Notes: generated by a model from the letters alone, not told the origin. DNA of 64,000 nt from Geopsychrobacteraceae bacterium (GCA_963662315.1 OY759353.1:3808001-3872000), one strand, 5' to 3'. Counted from the first letter of the stretch, positions 40,290 to 49,244 are shown. Numbers and translations are program-made.

Positions 40290-41429
40290 ATGAAGATCGT
40301 TATTGCCCCCGATTCGTTTAAGGAAAGTTTAAGCTCCATGGAGGTTGCGTCAGCGATTGAAGCGGGTTTTAAAGCCATCTATCCGGTTGCTGAATATGTG
40401 AAGCTGCCGATTGCCGATGGTGGCGAAGGAACCGTTGCCGCTCTGGTCGAAGCGACCGACGGAGAACTCGTCAAACTGAATGTCACCGGTCCCCTGGGCA
40501 CCTCCGTCGAATCCTTTTATGGACGCAGTGGTGACGGGAGGACTGCCGTTATCGAAATGGCTGCGGCCAGTGGTCTGGACCTGGTCCCGCCTGCCCGGCG
40601 CAACCCACTGGTAACGACCAGCTTTGGTACCGGGGAGCTGATTTTACATGCCCTTGATAGCGGTGTTCGTAACTTTATTATCGGCATTGGCGGCAGTGCG
40701 ACCAATGATGGCGGCGTGGGCATGCTGCAGGCATTAGGTGCTAGGCTGCTGGACAGTAATGGTACCCAGATTGGCTATGGAGGAGGGAGTATCGCCTCGC
40801 TGGACAGTATTGAAACCAGCGGTCTTGATGCCCGCCTCAAGGAATGTCGCGTTCAGGTGGCTTGCGATGTCGATAACCCTCTGACCGGTGAGCGTGGTGC
40901 CTCTGCCATTTTTGGTCCTCAAAAAGGCGCGACCCCTCAGATGGTTGCTCAACTTGATCAGAACCTTGCGCATTTTGCGGAACTGATTCGCAGGAATTTG
41001 AATAAGGATATCGAGCGGAGCGCCGGCGCTGGAGCTGCAGGCGGTATGGGCGCGGCCCTGCTGGCTTTTCTTGAGGCCGATCTGCGCCCCGGGGTTGAGA
41101 TTGTTGTTGAGGCCATCAAACTGGCAGATGCCGTCAAAGGAGCCAGTCTGGTGATTACCGGCGAAGGTCGAATGGACAAGCAGACCGTATTCGGAAAGGC
41201 TCCTATAGGTGTTGCCAAAGTTGCTGCCGTGCAGAAGGTTCCGGTTATCGGTCTGGCAGGCAGTCTAGGCGATGGGGTTGAGGCCGTTTTTGAGCATGGT
41301 ATCACGGCGGTTTTCAGTGTTGTCACTGGACCCTGTTCCTTGGAACAGGCTCTAAACGACGCCAGCACCAATATTGAAACTACAGCTCGCAATGTCGCTG
41401 CGCTGTTGCAATGCCAACTTTGGCTTTGA
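40290..41429 (+). CDS. Glycerate kinase (GlxK/GarK family)
   Basis: APDSFKESL, ADGGEGT, GGSATNDGG and TGEGR motifs. Confidence 0.93.
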   Translation: MKIVIAPDSFKESLSSMEVASAIEAGFKAIYPVAEYVKLPIADGGEGTVAALVEATDGELVKLNVTGPLGTSVESFYGRSGDGRTAVIEMAAASGLDLVPPARRNPLVTTSFGTGELILHALDSGVRNFIIGIGGSATNDGGVGMLQALGARLLDSNGTQIGYGGGSIASLDSIETSGLDARLKECRVQVACDVDNPLTGERGASAIFGPQKGATPQMVAQLDQNLAHFAELIRRNLNKDIERSAGAGAAGGMGAALLAFLEADLRPGVEIVVEAIKLADAVKGASLVITGEGRMDKQTVFGKAPIGVAKVAAVQKVPVIGLAGSLGDGVEAVFEHGITAVFSVVTGPCSLEQALNDASTNIETTARNVAALLQCQLWL

Positions 41430-41675
41430 ATGACAGGAGTTCCATAAGGCCAAGTGCTGAGCCCTTCAAACGCTAGCCAGCAGTCGAGAATTCCTGCGGT
41501 GCCTCTATCTCCGGCGATGGAGTTTACGCTTTCGCCGGTAATATGCGGAACAGGGGATTTATGTTGATGACAAGATTTAGAGCGAGATCAAAATTATGTA
41601 ATTGAGTCTATGAAGAGAGGGCGTCAGTGGCGCGATTCTGTTCATCTTTTTTAAGCCACGCAGGAGTTATTCTTT

Positions 41676-43109
41676 ATGTTTCGTCGTACAAAAATTGTTT
41701 CCACTCTTGGGCCTGCCAGTGAAGGAGAAGCTCAGCTTAATGCCTTGGTTGAGGCCGGAGTTAATGTTTTTCGTCTTAATTTTTCCCATGGTGACCATAA
41801 GAACAAACTGGAACTGATCGAACGGATTCGCAGAATTGCTGCAGAAAAGGGGAGTAATGTCGCTATTCTGGGAGATTTGCAGGGCCCCAAAATCCGTACC
41901 GGTCTGATGAAAGGCGGTTTCATGGAATTGGTCAGCGGTACCGAAGTGGTCGTAACAACCAGTACCGTTGAAGGTGAAGGCACGACTATTCCGACCATTT
42001 ATGAAAATCTGCCCAAAGATGTCAAACCGGGAGACCGAATTCTTCTTGATGACGGTCTTATGGATATGGAAGTTATCAGCGTCGAGGGGCAGGATGTTCA
42101 TTGTAAGGTTATTACCGGGGGCAAGCTTAAAGACCGTAAAGGGATCAATTTACCCGGAACCAAGGTTTCAGCTCCGGCGTTGACCGAAAAAGATCTCGAA
42201 GATCTGGAGTTTTGTGTCGCCCATAAAGTCGATTTCCTGGCGTTGTCATTCGTGCGTAAAGCCTCCGATGTGCAGCATATGAAGGACATTCTGGCCACTA
42301 AAGACCATGCTCCTCTGATCGTATCCAAAATTGAAAAACCTGAAGCGGTGGAAAATTTCGATTCCATCCTCGAAGTAACAGATGCTGTCATGGTTGCCCG
42401 TGGTGACCTTGGTGTCGAAATGAGTCCGGAAAAGGTGCCGTTGATTCAGAAGATGATTATTCAGAAGTGCAATGCAGCGGGCAAGCCGGTGATTACCGCA
42501 ACCCAGATGCTGGAAAGTATGATCACGAATCCGCGCCCGACCCGTGCGGAAGTTTCTGATGTTGCCAACGCGATCCTGGATGGCACCGATGCGATCATGC
42601 TGTCGGGAGAAACTGCCGCCGGCAAATACCCGGTTGAGGCGGTCAGTGTCATGGACCATGTTGCGCGCGATGTTGAGCAGAGTGTTCAGTACCTGAATCG
42701 TATGGTCAGTCCCAAGCTGATTTATCACGGGAAACAGTGCATGACTGAGTCGATTGGCCATGGCGCCTGCCAGATTGCTGAAAATGTTGGTGCCGCAGCG
42801 ATTCTTGCCTTTACCCAGACCGGCAGTACTGCGGCCCTGGTATCCAAATATCGTCCCAATCTGCCGATTTATGCCATGACTCCCAATGAAGAGGTCAAGC
42901 GGCGCATGTCGCTGTATTCCGGAGTCCGGGCGGTGCGGGTGACCAACTATGACTCCACCGAACTGCAGGTCATGGCTGTCGAACAGGCAGCGTTAAAAGC
43001 CGGGGTTGTGAAAACCGGAGACGTCACCGTTATTACCATGGGGAGCCCGGTACGCCAGTCGGGCACCACCAACCTGCTCAAGGTTCACTTGATCGGTGAA
43101 GTTATCTAA
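41676..43109 (+). CDS. pyk: Pyruvate kinase
   Basis: TKIVSTLGP, RLNFSHG, DLQGPKIR, MVARGDLG and ATQMLESM motifs. Confidence 0.97.
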   Translation: MFRRTKIVSTLGPASEGEAQLNALVEAGVNVFRLNFSHGDHKNKLELIERIRRIAAEKGSNVAILGDLQGPKIRTGLMKGGFMELVSGTEVVVTTSTVEGEGTTIPTIYENLPKDVKPGDRILLDDGLMDMEVISVEGQDVHCKVITGGKLKDRKGINLPGTKVSAPALTEKDLEDLEFCVAHKVDFLALSFVRKASDVQHMKDILATKDHAPLIVSKIEKPEAVENFDSILEVTDAVMVARGDLGVEMSPEKVPLIQKMIIQKCNAAGKPVITATQMLESMITNPRPTRAEVSDVANAILDGTDAIMLSGETAAGKYPVEAVSVMDHVARDVEQSVQYLNRMVSPKLIYHGKQCMTESIGHGACQIAENVGAAAILAFTQTGSTAALVSKYRPNLPIYAMTPNEEVKRRMSLYSGVRAVRVTNYDSTELQVMAVEQAALKAGVVKTGDVTVITMGSPVRQSGTTNLLKVHLIGEVI

Positions 43110-43110
43110 G

Positions 43111-43146
43111 AAAAAGACCTCCCTGGCAAACTGGGGAGGTCTTTTT
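43111..43146. terminator. Bidirectional intrinsic terminator after pyk
   Basis: AAAAAGACCTCCC...GGGAGGTCTTTTT. Confidence 0.85.
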
Positions 43147-43187
43147 GTATTGATAGGGATACCAGATATACTGCAGGAGAAAATGTT

Positions 43188-43270
43188 TTGAATTCGATCA
43201 AAACTGTAGCCCTAGCGGATGGCACCAAAGTGCCCGCCCTTGGTCAGGAAACCTGGTATGTGGGGGGATG
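43188..43270 (+). pseudogene. Aldo/keto reductase N-terminal remnant
   Basis: KTVALADGTKVPALGQETWYVG resembles the AKR start (LGQGTW); similarity is lost after about 26 codons. Confidence 0.55.
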
Positions 43271-43786
43271 GCCGGCAGCAATTTATCCAGGTTCCTCTGG
43301 ATATTGTCTGGGTGTTGAAATATCTGTGCCTTCGTTTGCTGAGGGCATTGATATTACTGATATGCCCTATTTCATCCTGAAGCAGGCCGGTCATTTCCAA
43401 ACAAAAACTGCGCCCCTGATTTTCTGAGTTTGTCTTCCGTGACAACGAATCTAGCGCAGCACTCACTGACAATATGCTTGTTCAGCACAACACGCATAAC
43501 TATAATGGCACAGAACTTTCCGTGTTTGGTCCTTCAACCTTAAAACGGGATTCTGACAAAAGAGAGGGGTTTTTCCATTTATACCTCCAAATATCGGCAT
43601 AGCTGGAAAAATATCGATTTCAAAGAAACTGGAAATTATTTTCCATGTTTGAGTAAGAATATATTACTAGGTGGAAAATTCTCCAGTCTATAGACGCCTA
43701 TATATGGACTATTTTCCATCTATCAATACTGTTGGTAGTACCAATTAAAATAACGAAATTTTCATTTCTATTAAGGACAATTACTA

Positions 43787-44776
43787 GTGGGTAGTGAAGC
43801 AAAAATATCTGTCTTCTTCTCATGGCAATCTGATTCTTCTAACAAAACAAACCTTAGCTTGATTGAAGATTGTCTAAAGAAGGCAGTAAAAGAAATTTCT
43901 AAAGAAGAATCAATAATTGTCATCGTTGACAGAGACACAAAGGGGGTCGGTGGAACACCTAGTATAGTTGATGCGATTTTGAAAAAAATAAGAAGTTGCG
44001 ATGTATTTGTATGGGACGCAACGATAATTAACGATATGCCAAGACACACACCAAACCCTAATGTTCTTCTTGAACTTGGATATGCACTTGCAATTGTTGG
44101 GGAAGGGAGAATCATTGGGGTCATGAATGAAGCAAAAGGAAATGGCCCGGAAAAGCTACCATTCGATCTAGTGCATAGGCGTTGGCCAATTCGGTACCAA
44201 CTAGATGATTCTGACCCCAAGTTTGAAGAAAATAAAAAAAACACGAAAAATTTTCTTACAAGTACATTTGCAAGGGCACTCAGAGAAGCCATCAAAGAAC
44301 CCAAAATAGGAGCAGTCCATAGTGACATAGATTTTCTTACTGCGAAGGTTCTTTGGGGGTGCATTAATTCTACATGGGTGCAGAACTGGCTCATGTTTAG
44401 AAAAAACAACATTCAATACGATAAACGTGAATATCGTGACAAACTTGAAGATTATTGCGACATCGCCTCAAAGCCGGAAAATAGCTTTTCTGAAAATACC
44501 CTTGGGGAGTTGCACGGAAATTTGATCAATGCCATTCAGGGGTATCTATGGGCCGCTGCAGTTGAAATGGTTCCCTGTTTTGGCAATGAAGATGCCTACG
44601 TTATCAACGCCAAAGATCAAGCTCGGCAACATGGATGGATTGAGAATTATGACGAAATGTACGATCGACAAGTAGGAGAGCTGAGAAAAGGAATTAATGC
44701 AGTAGAAAATGCGTGGGATCTTTATGTGCAGAGTCTCCGGGTTAAATACCCAGAAATTACCCACGACTTAATGTGA
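43787..44776 (+). CDS. TIR-like / nucleoside-deoxyribosyltransferase-like N-terminal domain protein
   Basis: VFFSWQSD...DRDTKGVGGTPSIVDAILKKIRSCDVFVWD...PNPNVLLELGYA; low GC; C-terminal half unrecognised. Confidence 0.65.
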   Translation: MGSEAKISVFFSWQSDSSNKTNLSLIEDCLKKAVKEISKEESIIVIVDRDTKGVGGTPSIVDAILKKIRSCDVFVWDATIINDMPRHTPNPNVLLELGYALAIVGEGRIIGVMNEAKGNGPEKLPFDLVHRRWPIRYQLDDSDPKFEENKKNTKNFLTSTFARALREAIKEPKIGAVHSDIDFLTAKVLWGCINSTWVQNWLMFRKNNIQYDKREYRDKLEDYCDIASKPENSFSENTLGELHGNLINAIQGYLWAAAVEMVPCFGNEDAYVINAKDQARQHGWIENYDEMYDRQVGELRKGINAVENAWDLYVQSLRVKYPEITHDLM

Positions 44777-44809
44777 TGTTTCGAGGATTTAAAAAATTCA
44801 AAACTGCCA

Positions 44810-45012
44810 ATCGGGTAGCCGGGGGTTTTGCTCCCCCAGCCCCCACACCACCCGGCATGCGGGTCCGCACCGGGCGGTTCGATGAAACTACCGGGCCGTA
44901 GCCGGGTAATGTCGCTTCACCCACAGGTCTTTGACAGAAACTAAACCCTGATCCTTCAGCACTGGTTAGTCATGCCGGAATGGGCCGCCAGCCGGCGGGA
45001 CATGGCCCACGC
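44810..45012 (-). mobile_element. 3' remnant of a group IIC intron (end of IEP, domains V and VI)
   Basis: Minus strand: GAACCGCCCGGTGCGGACCCGCATGCCGGGTGGTGTGGGGG (DV) ... CCCCCGGCTACCCGAT (DVI and 3' end); preceded by the frameshifted IEP tail GMTNQ-LKDQGLVSVKDLWVKRHYPATAR*. Confidence 0.85.
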
Positions 45013-45030
45013 GGAGTTCCGGGGACAGGC

Positions 45031-45774
45031 GGAGTTCCGGGGACAGTATATAGATCTTTGACAAAGTCTTGTTTCCTGATAGTCTTTTTCTTATGGCAAG
45101 AATAGCACGAGTTATTGCACCGGGCTTGCCCCATCATGTAACGCAACGGGGCAACCGGCGGCAGACGACATTTTTTTGCGATGAGGATTTTCAGATTTAT
45201 ATCGATCTGATGGCTCATTGGTGTGCCAAGTATCATGTGGATATCTGGGCTTGGTGCCTCATGCCAAACCATGTTCATTTAATTGCGGTGCCAACAGATG
45301 AAGCCGGCCTGGCGCGTGCGATTGGTGAAGCGCATAGACGCTATACCCGACATATCAATTTCCGCCATGATTGGCGGGGTCATCTGTGGCAAGAACGTTT
45401 TGCTTCTTTCCCTATGGACGAAGCCTATCTGCTTGCCGCTGCGCGTTATATAGAAATGAACCCTGTCGCTGCAAACCTGGTCTCTGACCTTGGGCAGTAC
45501 CCCTGGAGTAGTGCGAAAGCGCACCTCAACGACCTGGATGATGGTCTGGTGAACCGCGCTCCACTATTGGATCTGGTTTCAGACTGGCAAAGTTTCCTGA
45601 AGTTAAGTAACGAAGAAGAACTGGAGATTTTGCATAAACATGAGAAAACAGGGCGACCACTTGGGAATTTGTCATTTGTTGAAAGTATCGAAGTTCTATT
45701 AGCACGGACATTGCGGCCTCTGCCACCAGGCCCTAAAAAGAATGATTAGTTCTATATACTGTCCCCGGAACTCC
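45031..45774 (+). mobile_element. RAYT (Y1 HUH transposase) element, copy 1, with 24-bp terminal inverted repeats
   Basis: GGAGTTCCGGGGACAGTATATAGA (45031-45054) and its exact reverse complement (45751-45774); no TSD. Confidence 0.85.
45093..45749 (+). CDS. REP-associated tyrosine transposase (Y1_Tnp), copy 1
   Basis: HHVTQRGNRRQ, CLMPNHVHL (HUH), RYIEMNPV (catalytic Tyr) and YPWSS motifs. Confidence 0.9.
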   Translation: MARIARVIAPGLPHHVTQRGNRRQTTFFCDEDFQIYIDLMAHWCAKYHVDIWAWCLMPNHVHLIAVPTDEAGLARAIGEAHRRYTRHINFRHDWRGHLWQERFASFPMDEAYLLAAARYIEMNPVAANLVSDLGQYPWSSAKAHLNDLDDGLVNRAPLLDLVSDWQSFLKLSNEEELEILHKHEKTGRPLGNLSFVESIEVLLARTLRPLPPGPKKND

Positions 45775-45777
45775 CCC

Positions 45778-45949
45778 CATGAGAAAACAGGGCGACCACT
45801 TGGGAATTTGTCATTTATTGAAAGTATCGAAGTTCTATTAGCACGGACATTGCGGCCTCTGCCACCAGGCCCTAAAAAGAATGATTAGTTCTATATACTG
45901 TCCCCGGAACTCCAGCTATATACTGTCCCCGGAACTCCCCCGGAACTCC
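45778..45949 (+). repeat. Stuttered duplications of the RAYT right end
   Basis: 45778-45913 repeats 45639-45774 (136 bp, 1 mismatch seen); further end copies at 45916-45938 and 45939-45949. Confidence 0.9.
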
Positions 45950-46058
45950 AGCCAATTTGATAGGCAGCCCCCTTCTCTGGGGTATATCGGTTCGCCCAAA
46001 CACCAAGTCCTCCGTCACTCTGGCCATGCGTAAATGATGGTTTAAGTTTGTTTGGAAC
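45950..46058 (-). pseudogene. Orphan toxin-tip fragment, possibly Tox-REase-5-like
   Basis: Frame beginning at GTTCCAAAC reads VPNKLKPSFTHGQSDGGLGVWANRYTPEKGAAYQIG and is cut by the RAYT end. Confidence 0.5.
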
Positions 46059-46090
46059 ATTTCTTTAGCTTAGAAATGTTCCAAACACAA

Positions 46091-46426
46091 TCAAACCTCT
46101 ACGAACTTATTCCCGCTATCAAAATGTTTAACCAATTCCTGTATTAGAAATTCGTAAACCGAATTTGATGCACTATCCGATGGCAAAAAATAGATTTTAG
46201 ATAAGTAATACCTTTTTCCTAAAGCATCATTAACCAGCTTCAAACCTGAAAGAACTTGGTCCAAAACCTGTGCAGAAGAAGTCCTCGCCTTCAAATCATT
46301 TTTAACATCCCATTCTACGACTTCTACAGCGGTTTCTTGTTCAGAAAAACTAACACCTAGAATGTTATCCTGAGAACCCGTCATCCGAGCAACTTTATAA
46401 ACGTTTCCATCTTTTACAAATTGCAT
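46091..46426 (-). CDS. Putative immunity protein for toxin 1
   Basis: 111 aa, low GC, TAATG overlap with the toxin 1 stop. Confidence 0.7.
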   Translation of the reverse strand: MQFVKDGNVYKVARMTGSQDNILGVSFSEQETAVEVVEWDVKNDLKARTSSAQVLDQVLSGLKLVNDALGKRYYLSKIYFLPSDSASNSVYEFLIQELVKHFDSGNKFVEV

Positions 46427-47475
46427 TATTCAACCCCCCAAGGAAAACCTCTCCAACGCCAATCAACTCTGTCATGAGCTTTGCTATAACCAGAATCATA
46501 TTTCAACTCATACCACCTTTCGGCAATTTCATGTTTCATCCATGTGATATCGGCGTCAGTATGTGTTCCGCTTTCTAAGCGCTTCCAAGCCTGAGCCTGC
46601 TCTATCGTACTATCAAATCTTCCTACCGTTGCCGGGATACCCTGATCCACATAACGATCCAGTAAATGCTCGTTATAGAAAACGTGATCTTTTACTTTTT
46701 GAATATTTCCAGGTTTGAAGCCTGTACTTGATGCAATTGCAGAAACATCTGAATCACTTGCCCTTATTGCATCATATAGATCATCTGCTGATGCCGTATA
46801 TCCTCCACCACCAGTTTGTTTTAGTGGTGAAGTGTTGTTTGCAATATAGCGACGTATCAGCGCTTGTTGTTCGCCACGCTCCAAACTGGAAATATCTGCT
46901 GGAATCATAATTGAATCAGCCTGATAACGCGAATACCAATTTGCAGCTGCCGCTTTTACTTGTTTATTCGTTTCCTCACCGGATTTCTTATCCGGCTTGG
47001 CCTGTTTTATTTCCTGTTTCTCAGTAGCTTTCAGACCCTGATTGTCCACAGTTTTGACAACATTCCTTGATAAAGATCTCTGCTGGCTGTGGGTTTGCGG
47101 GGCCATGATTTTACTATAAGCAGATGAGACTATTCCCTGCAGGTTTTCATATTGGTTTATTCCTGACAGGCTGGCGACCCAGCGGCCTTTTTGGGGATTG
47201 TTCGGGTAGTCAGGGTCCTGCTGCCAGTAGACGACCCCCAAGAAGGGGAGCTTCATAGAGTAGACGAGGCAGACTTCCATCTTGTCAATTTTTTTTAGCA
47301 GCTCATCAAGCCCCTGTTGATAATTGCGCCACTGGGCAGGAACGAATTCGTTTAGATTATGAATGCTGGTAAAACCGTCACAATAGGCGTCACGGACATC
47401 GTTTTTAGCGAAAAACGGATTGGAAATATACGGCAGGTCAGCAACCGTAATATCTCTGGCAGCAACAAGTCTCAT
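46426..47475 (-). CDS. Polymorphic toxin 1 (shared N-terminus, C-terminal HExxE...H-type domain)
   Basis: First about 135 aa nearly identical to the 49662 and 55642 ORFs; unique C-terminus KDHVF..H..RFD..AWKRL..KHEIAE..GYSKAH. Confidence 0.75.
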   Translation of the reverse strand: MRLVAARDITVADLPYISNPFFAKNDVRDAYCDGFTSIHNLNEFVPAQWRNYQQGLDELLKKIDKMEVCLVYSMKLPFLGVVYWQQDPDYPNNPQKGRWVASLSGINQYENLQGIVSSAYSKIMAPQTHSQQRSLSRNVVKTVDNQGLKATEKQEIKQAKPDKKSGEETNKQVKAAAANWYSRYQADSIMIPADISSLERGEQQALIRRYIANNTSPLKQTGGGGYTASADDLYDAIRASDSDVSAIASSTGFKPGNIQKVKDHVFYNEHLLDRYVDQGIPATVGRFDSTIEQAQAWKRLESGTHTDADITWMKHEIAERWYELKYDSGYSKAHDRVDWRWRGFPWGVE

Positions 47476-47987
47476 CGGTATCCCCCCTCAAGGATAAAAT
47501 AAGTTGCTATAAGAAATAACTATCTGGAAAGTTTTAATGAGAGGAGAGGATAGCGTTTTTTTAGCTTGAGTCAAGATGTTTAGCAGGAATTTTAAGGGCG
47601 GTCTTTTCAACTCGGGATCAATTTTCAGAAGTTATCTTAGATAAAATCACATCAAAACCGCCGGGTCCCGGCCCGGCAGCCGGATTCATTTTTTCCAGCG
47701 ATGAAAAAACGAATCAAAAAAATCTTTTAAGGTCAAACACACTGACGATAGTCGATTCGGTCTACACTTTATCGTTGCTACCAGCAGTGAACAGCCCGCC
47801 CAACGATGCTATTGCATCCATGGGCAGAACCGAATTAAAGTGAATACATAAAAATGCCAACGGCATTTTTGCGGTTCTGGCCATCAGGCGCGTATTGCGC
47901 TTACTATTTGTCGCCCGCTTGGGACAAATAGTAAGGCGTTGTGCGGGGCGCAACACCGCGACCGTGCTTGTTTCATTTCAATCATAG
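47476..47987. repeat. Upstream non-coding region of the toxin unit, copy 1 (truncated, with an internal deletion)
   Basis: Near-identical to 50799-51633 and 56782-57615; contains hairpin repeats and a minus-strand TTGACT-16-TATCCT promoter-like sequence at 47547-47574. Confidence 0.9.
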
Positions 47988-48731
47988 GGAGTTCCGGGGA
48001 CAGTATATAGATCTTTGACAAAGACTTGTTGCCTGATAGTCTTTTTCTTATGGCGAGAATAGCACGAGTTATTGCACCGGGCTTGCCCCATCATGTAACG
48101 CAACGAGGCAACCGGCGGCAGACGACATTTTTTTGCGATGAGGATTTTCAGATTTATATCGATCTGATGGCTCATTGGTGTGCCAAGTATCATGTGGATA
48201 TCTGGGCTTGGTGCCTCATGCCAAACCATGTTCATTTAATTGCGGTGCCAACAGATGAAGCCGGCCTGGCGCGTGCGATTGGTGAAGCGCATAGACGCTA
48301 TACCCGACATATCAATTTCCGCCATGATTGGCGGGGTCATCTGTGGCAAGAACGTTTTGCTTCTTTCCCTATGGACGAAGCCTATCTGCTTGCCGCTGCG
48401 CGTTATATAGAAATGAACCCTGTCGCTGCAAACCTGGTCTCTGACCCTGGGCAGTACCCCTGGAGTAGTGCGAAAGCGCACCTCAACGACCTGGATGATG
48501 GTCTGGTGAACCGCGCTCCACTATTGGATCTGGTTTCAGACTGGCAAAGTTTCCTAAAGTTAATTAACGAAGAAGAACTGGAGATTCTGCATAAACATGA
48601 GAAAACAGGGCGACCACTTGGGAATTTGTCATTTGTTGAAAGTATCGAAGTTCTATTAGCACGGACATTGCGGCCTCTGCCACCAAGCCCTAAAAAGAAT
48701 GATTAGTTCTATATACTGTCCCCGGAACTCC
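47988..48731 (+). mobile_element. RAYT element, copy 2, with 24-bp terminal inverted repeats
   Basis: TIRs at 47988-48011 and 48708-48731. Confidence 0.85.
48050..48706 (+). CDS. REP-associated tyrosine transposase, copy 2
   Basis: Near-identical to copy 1; intact HUH and Tyr motifs. Confidence 0.9.
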   Translation: MARIARVIAPGLPHHVTQRGNRRQTTFFCDEDFQIYIDLMAHWCAKYHVDIWAWCLMPNHVHLIAVPTDEAGLARAIGEAHRRYTRHINFRHDWRGHLWQERFASFPMDEAYLLAAARYIEMNPVAANLVSDPGQYPWSSAKAHLNDLDDGLVNRAPLLDLVSDWQSFLKLINEEELEILHKHEKTGRPLGNLSFVESIEVLLARTLRPLPPSPKKND

Positions 48732-49101
48732 CGGTCAGATAGAGCGGTCGTCGAAAGGCAACGATCTCCATCGCCGCTTTGCAGCGCGGGCAGCGGAACA
48801 CCGGTCGTGATCGCACGGGAATCGGTTCGAGCATGACGCGCAGAACGTACTGTACCAAACGCAGAGTTCTTTTGGCGTTACCGTGCAGAAAACCATAATC
48901 CCGCACCCGGCGAAACCCTTTTGGGAGAACATGCTGGAGGACCAGCCAGAGAAAGTCTTCCCCCTTCAGGGTGAGGGTCTGCTCTTGCTGGGTCTCGCTG
49001 TCGCGATAGCGGAAAGTCACCTTTCCTTTTTGGCAGGAGATGATGTTGTTCTCGGCAATCACACCGCGATAGAGGTAGCGCGACAGATATTTCAGGGCCG
49101 T
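48732..49101 (-). pseudogene. IS91-family (Y2) transposase C-terminal fragment
   Basis: ALKYLSRYLYRG, VTFRYRD, FLWLVLQHVLPKGFRRVRDYGFL and CPRC motifs; bounded on both sides by RAYT end motifs. Confidence 0.8.
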
Positions 49102-49116
49102 GGAGTTCCGGGGACA

Positions 49117-49241
49117 TCCATTTCTTTATTAGTAATCCCTTTTTCCTGCTTGAGGGCCATCAAGGATTCAAACTCTGCGCTTGCCAATGACCTTAGCTGA
49201 TCTGCTTGCTGAGAGTTAACGAGTAGCCTACTGTTTGGAAC
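49117..49241 (-). pseudogene. Orphan toxin-tip fragment (same tip as 55012-55220)
   Basis: VPNSRLLVNSQQADQLRSLASAEFESLMALKQEKGITNKEM, cut by GGAGTTCCGGGGACA at 49102-49116. Confidence 0.65.
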
Positions 49242-49244
49242 AAC

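Noticed and set aside
43212..43500. Integron integrase remnant upstream of the TIR-like gene
   Set aside because: Only a weak GTDIST similarity in a frame with stop codons; no tyrosine-recombinase catalytic motifs can be supported.
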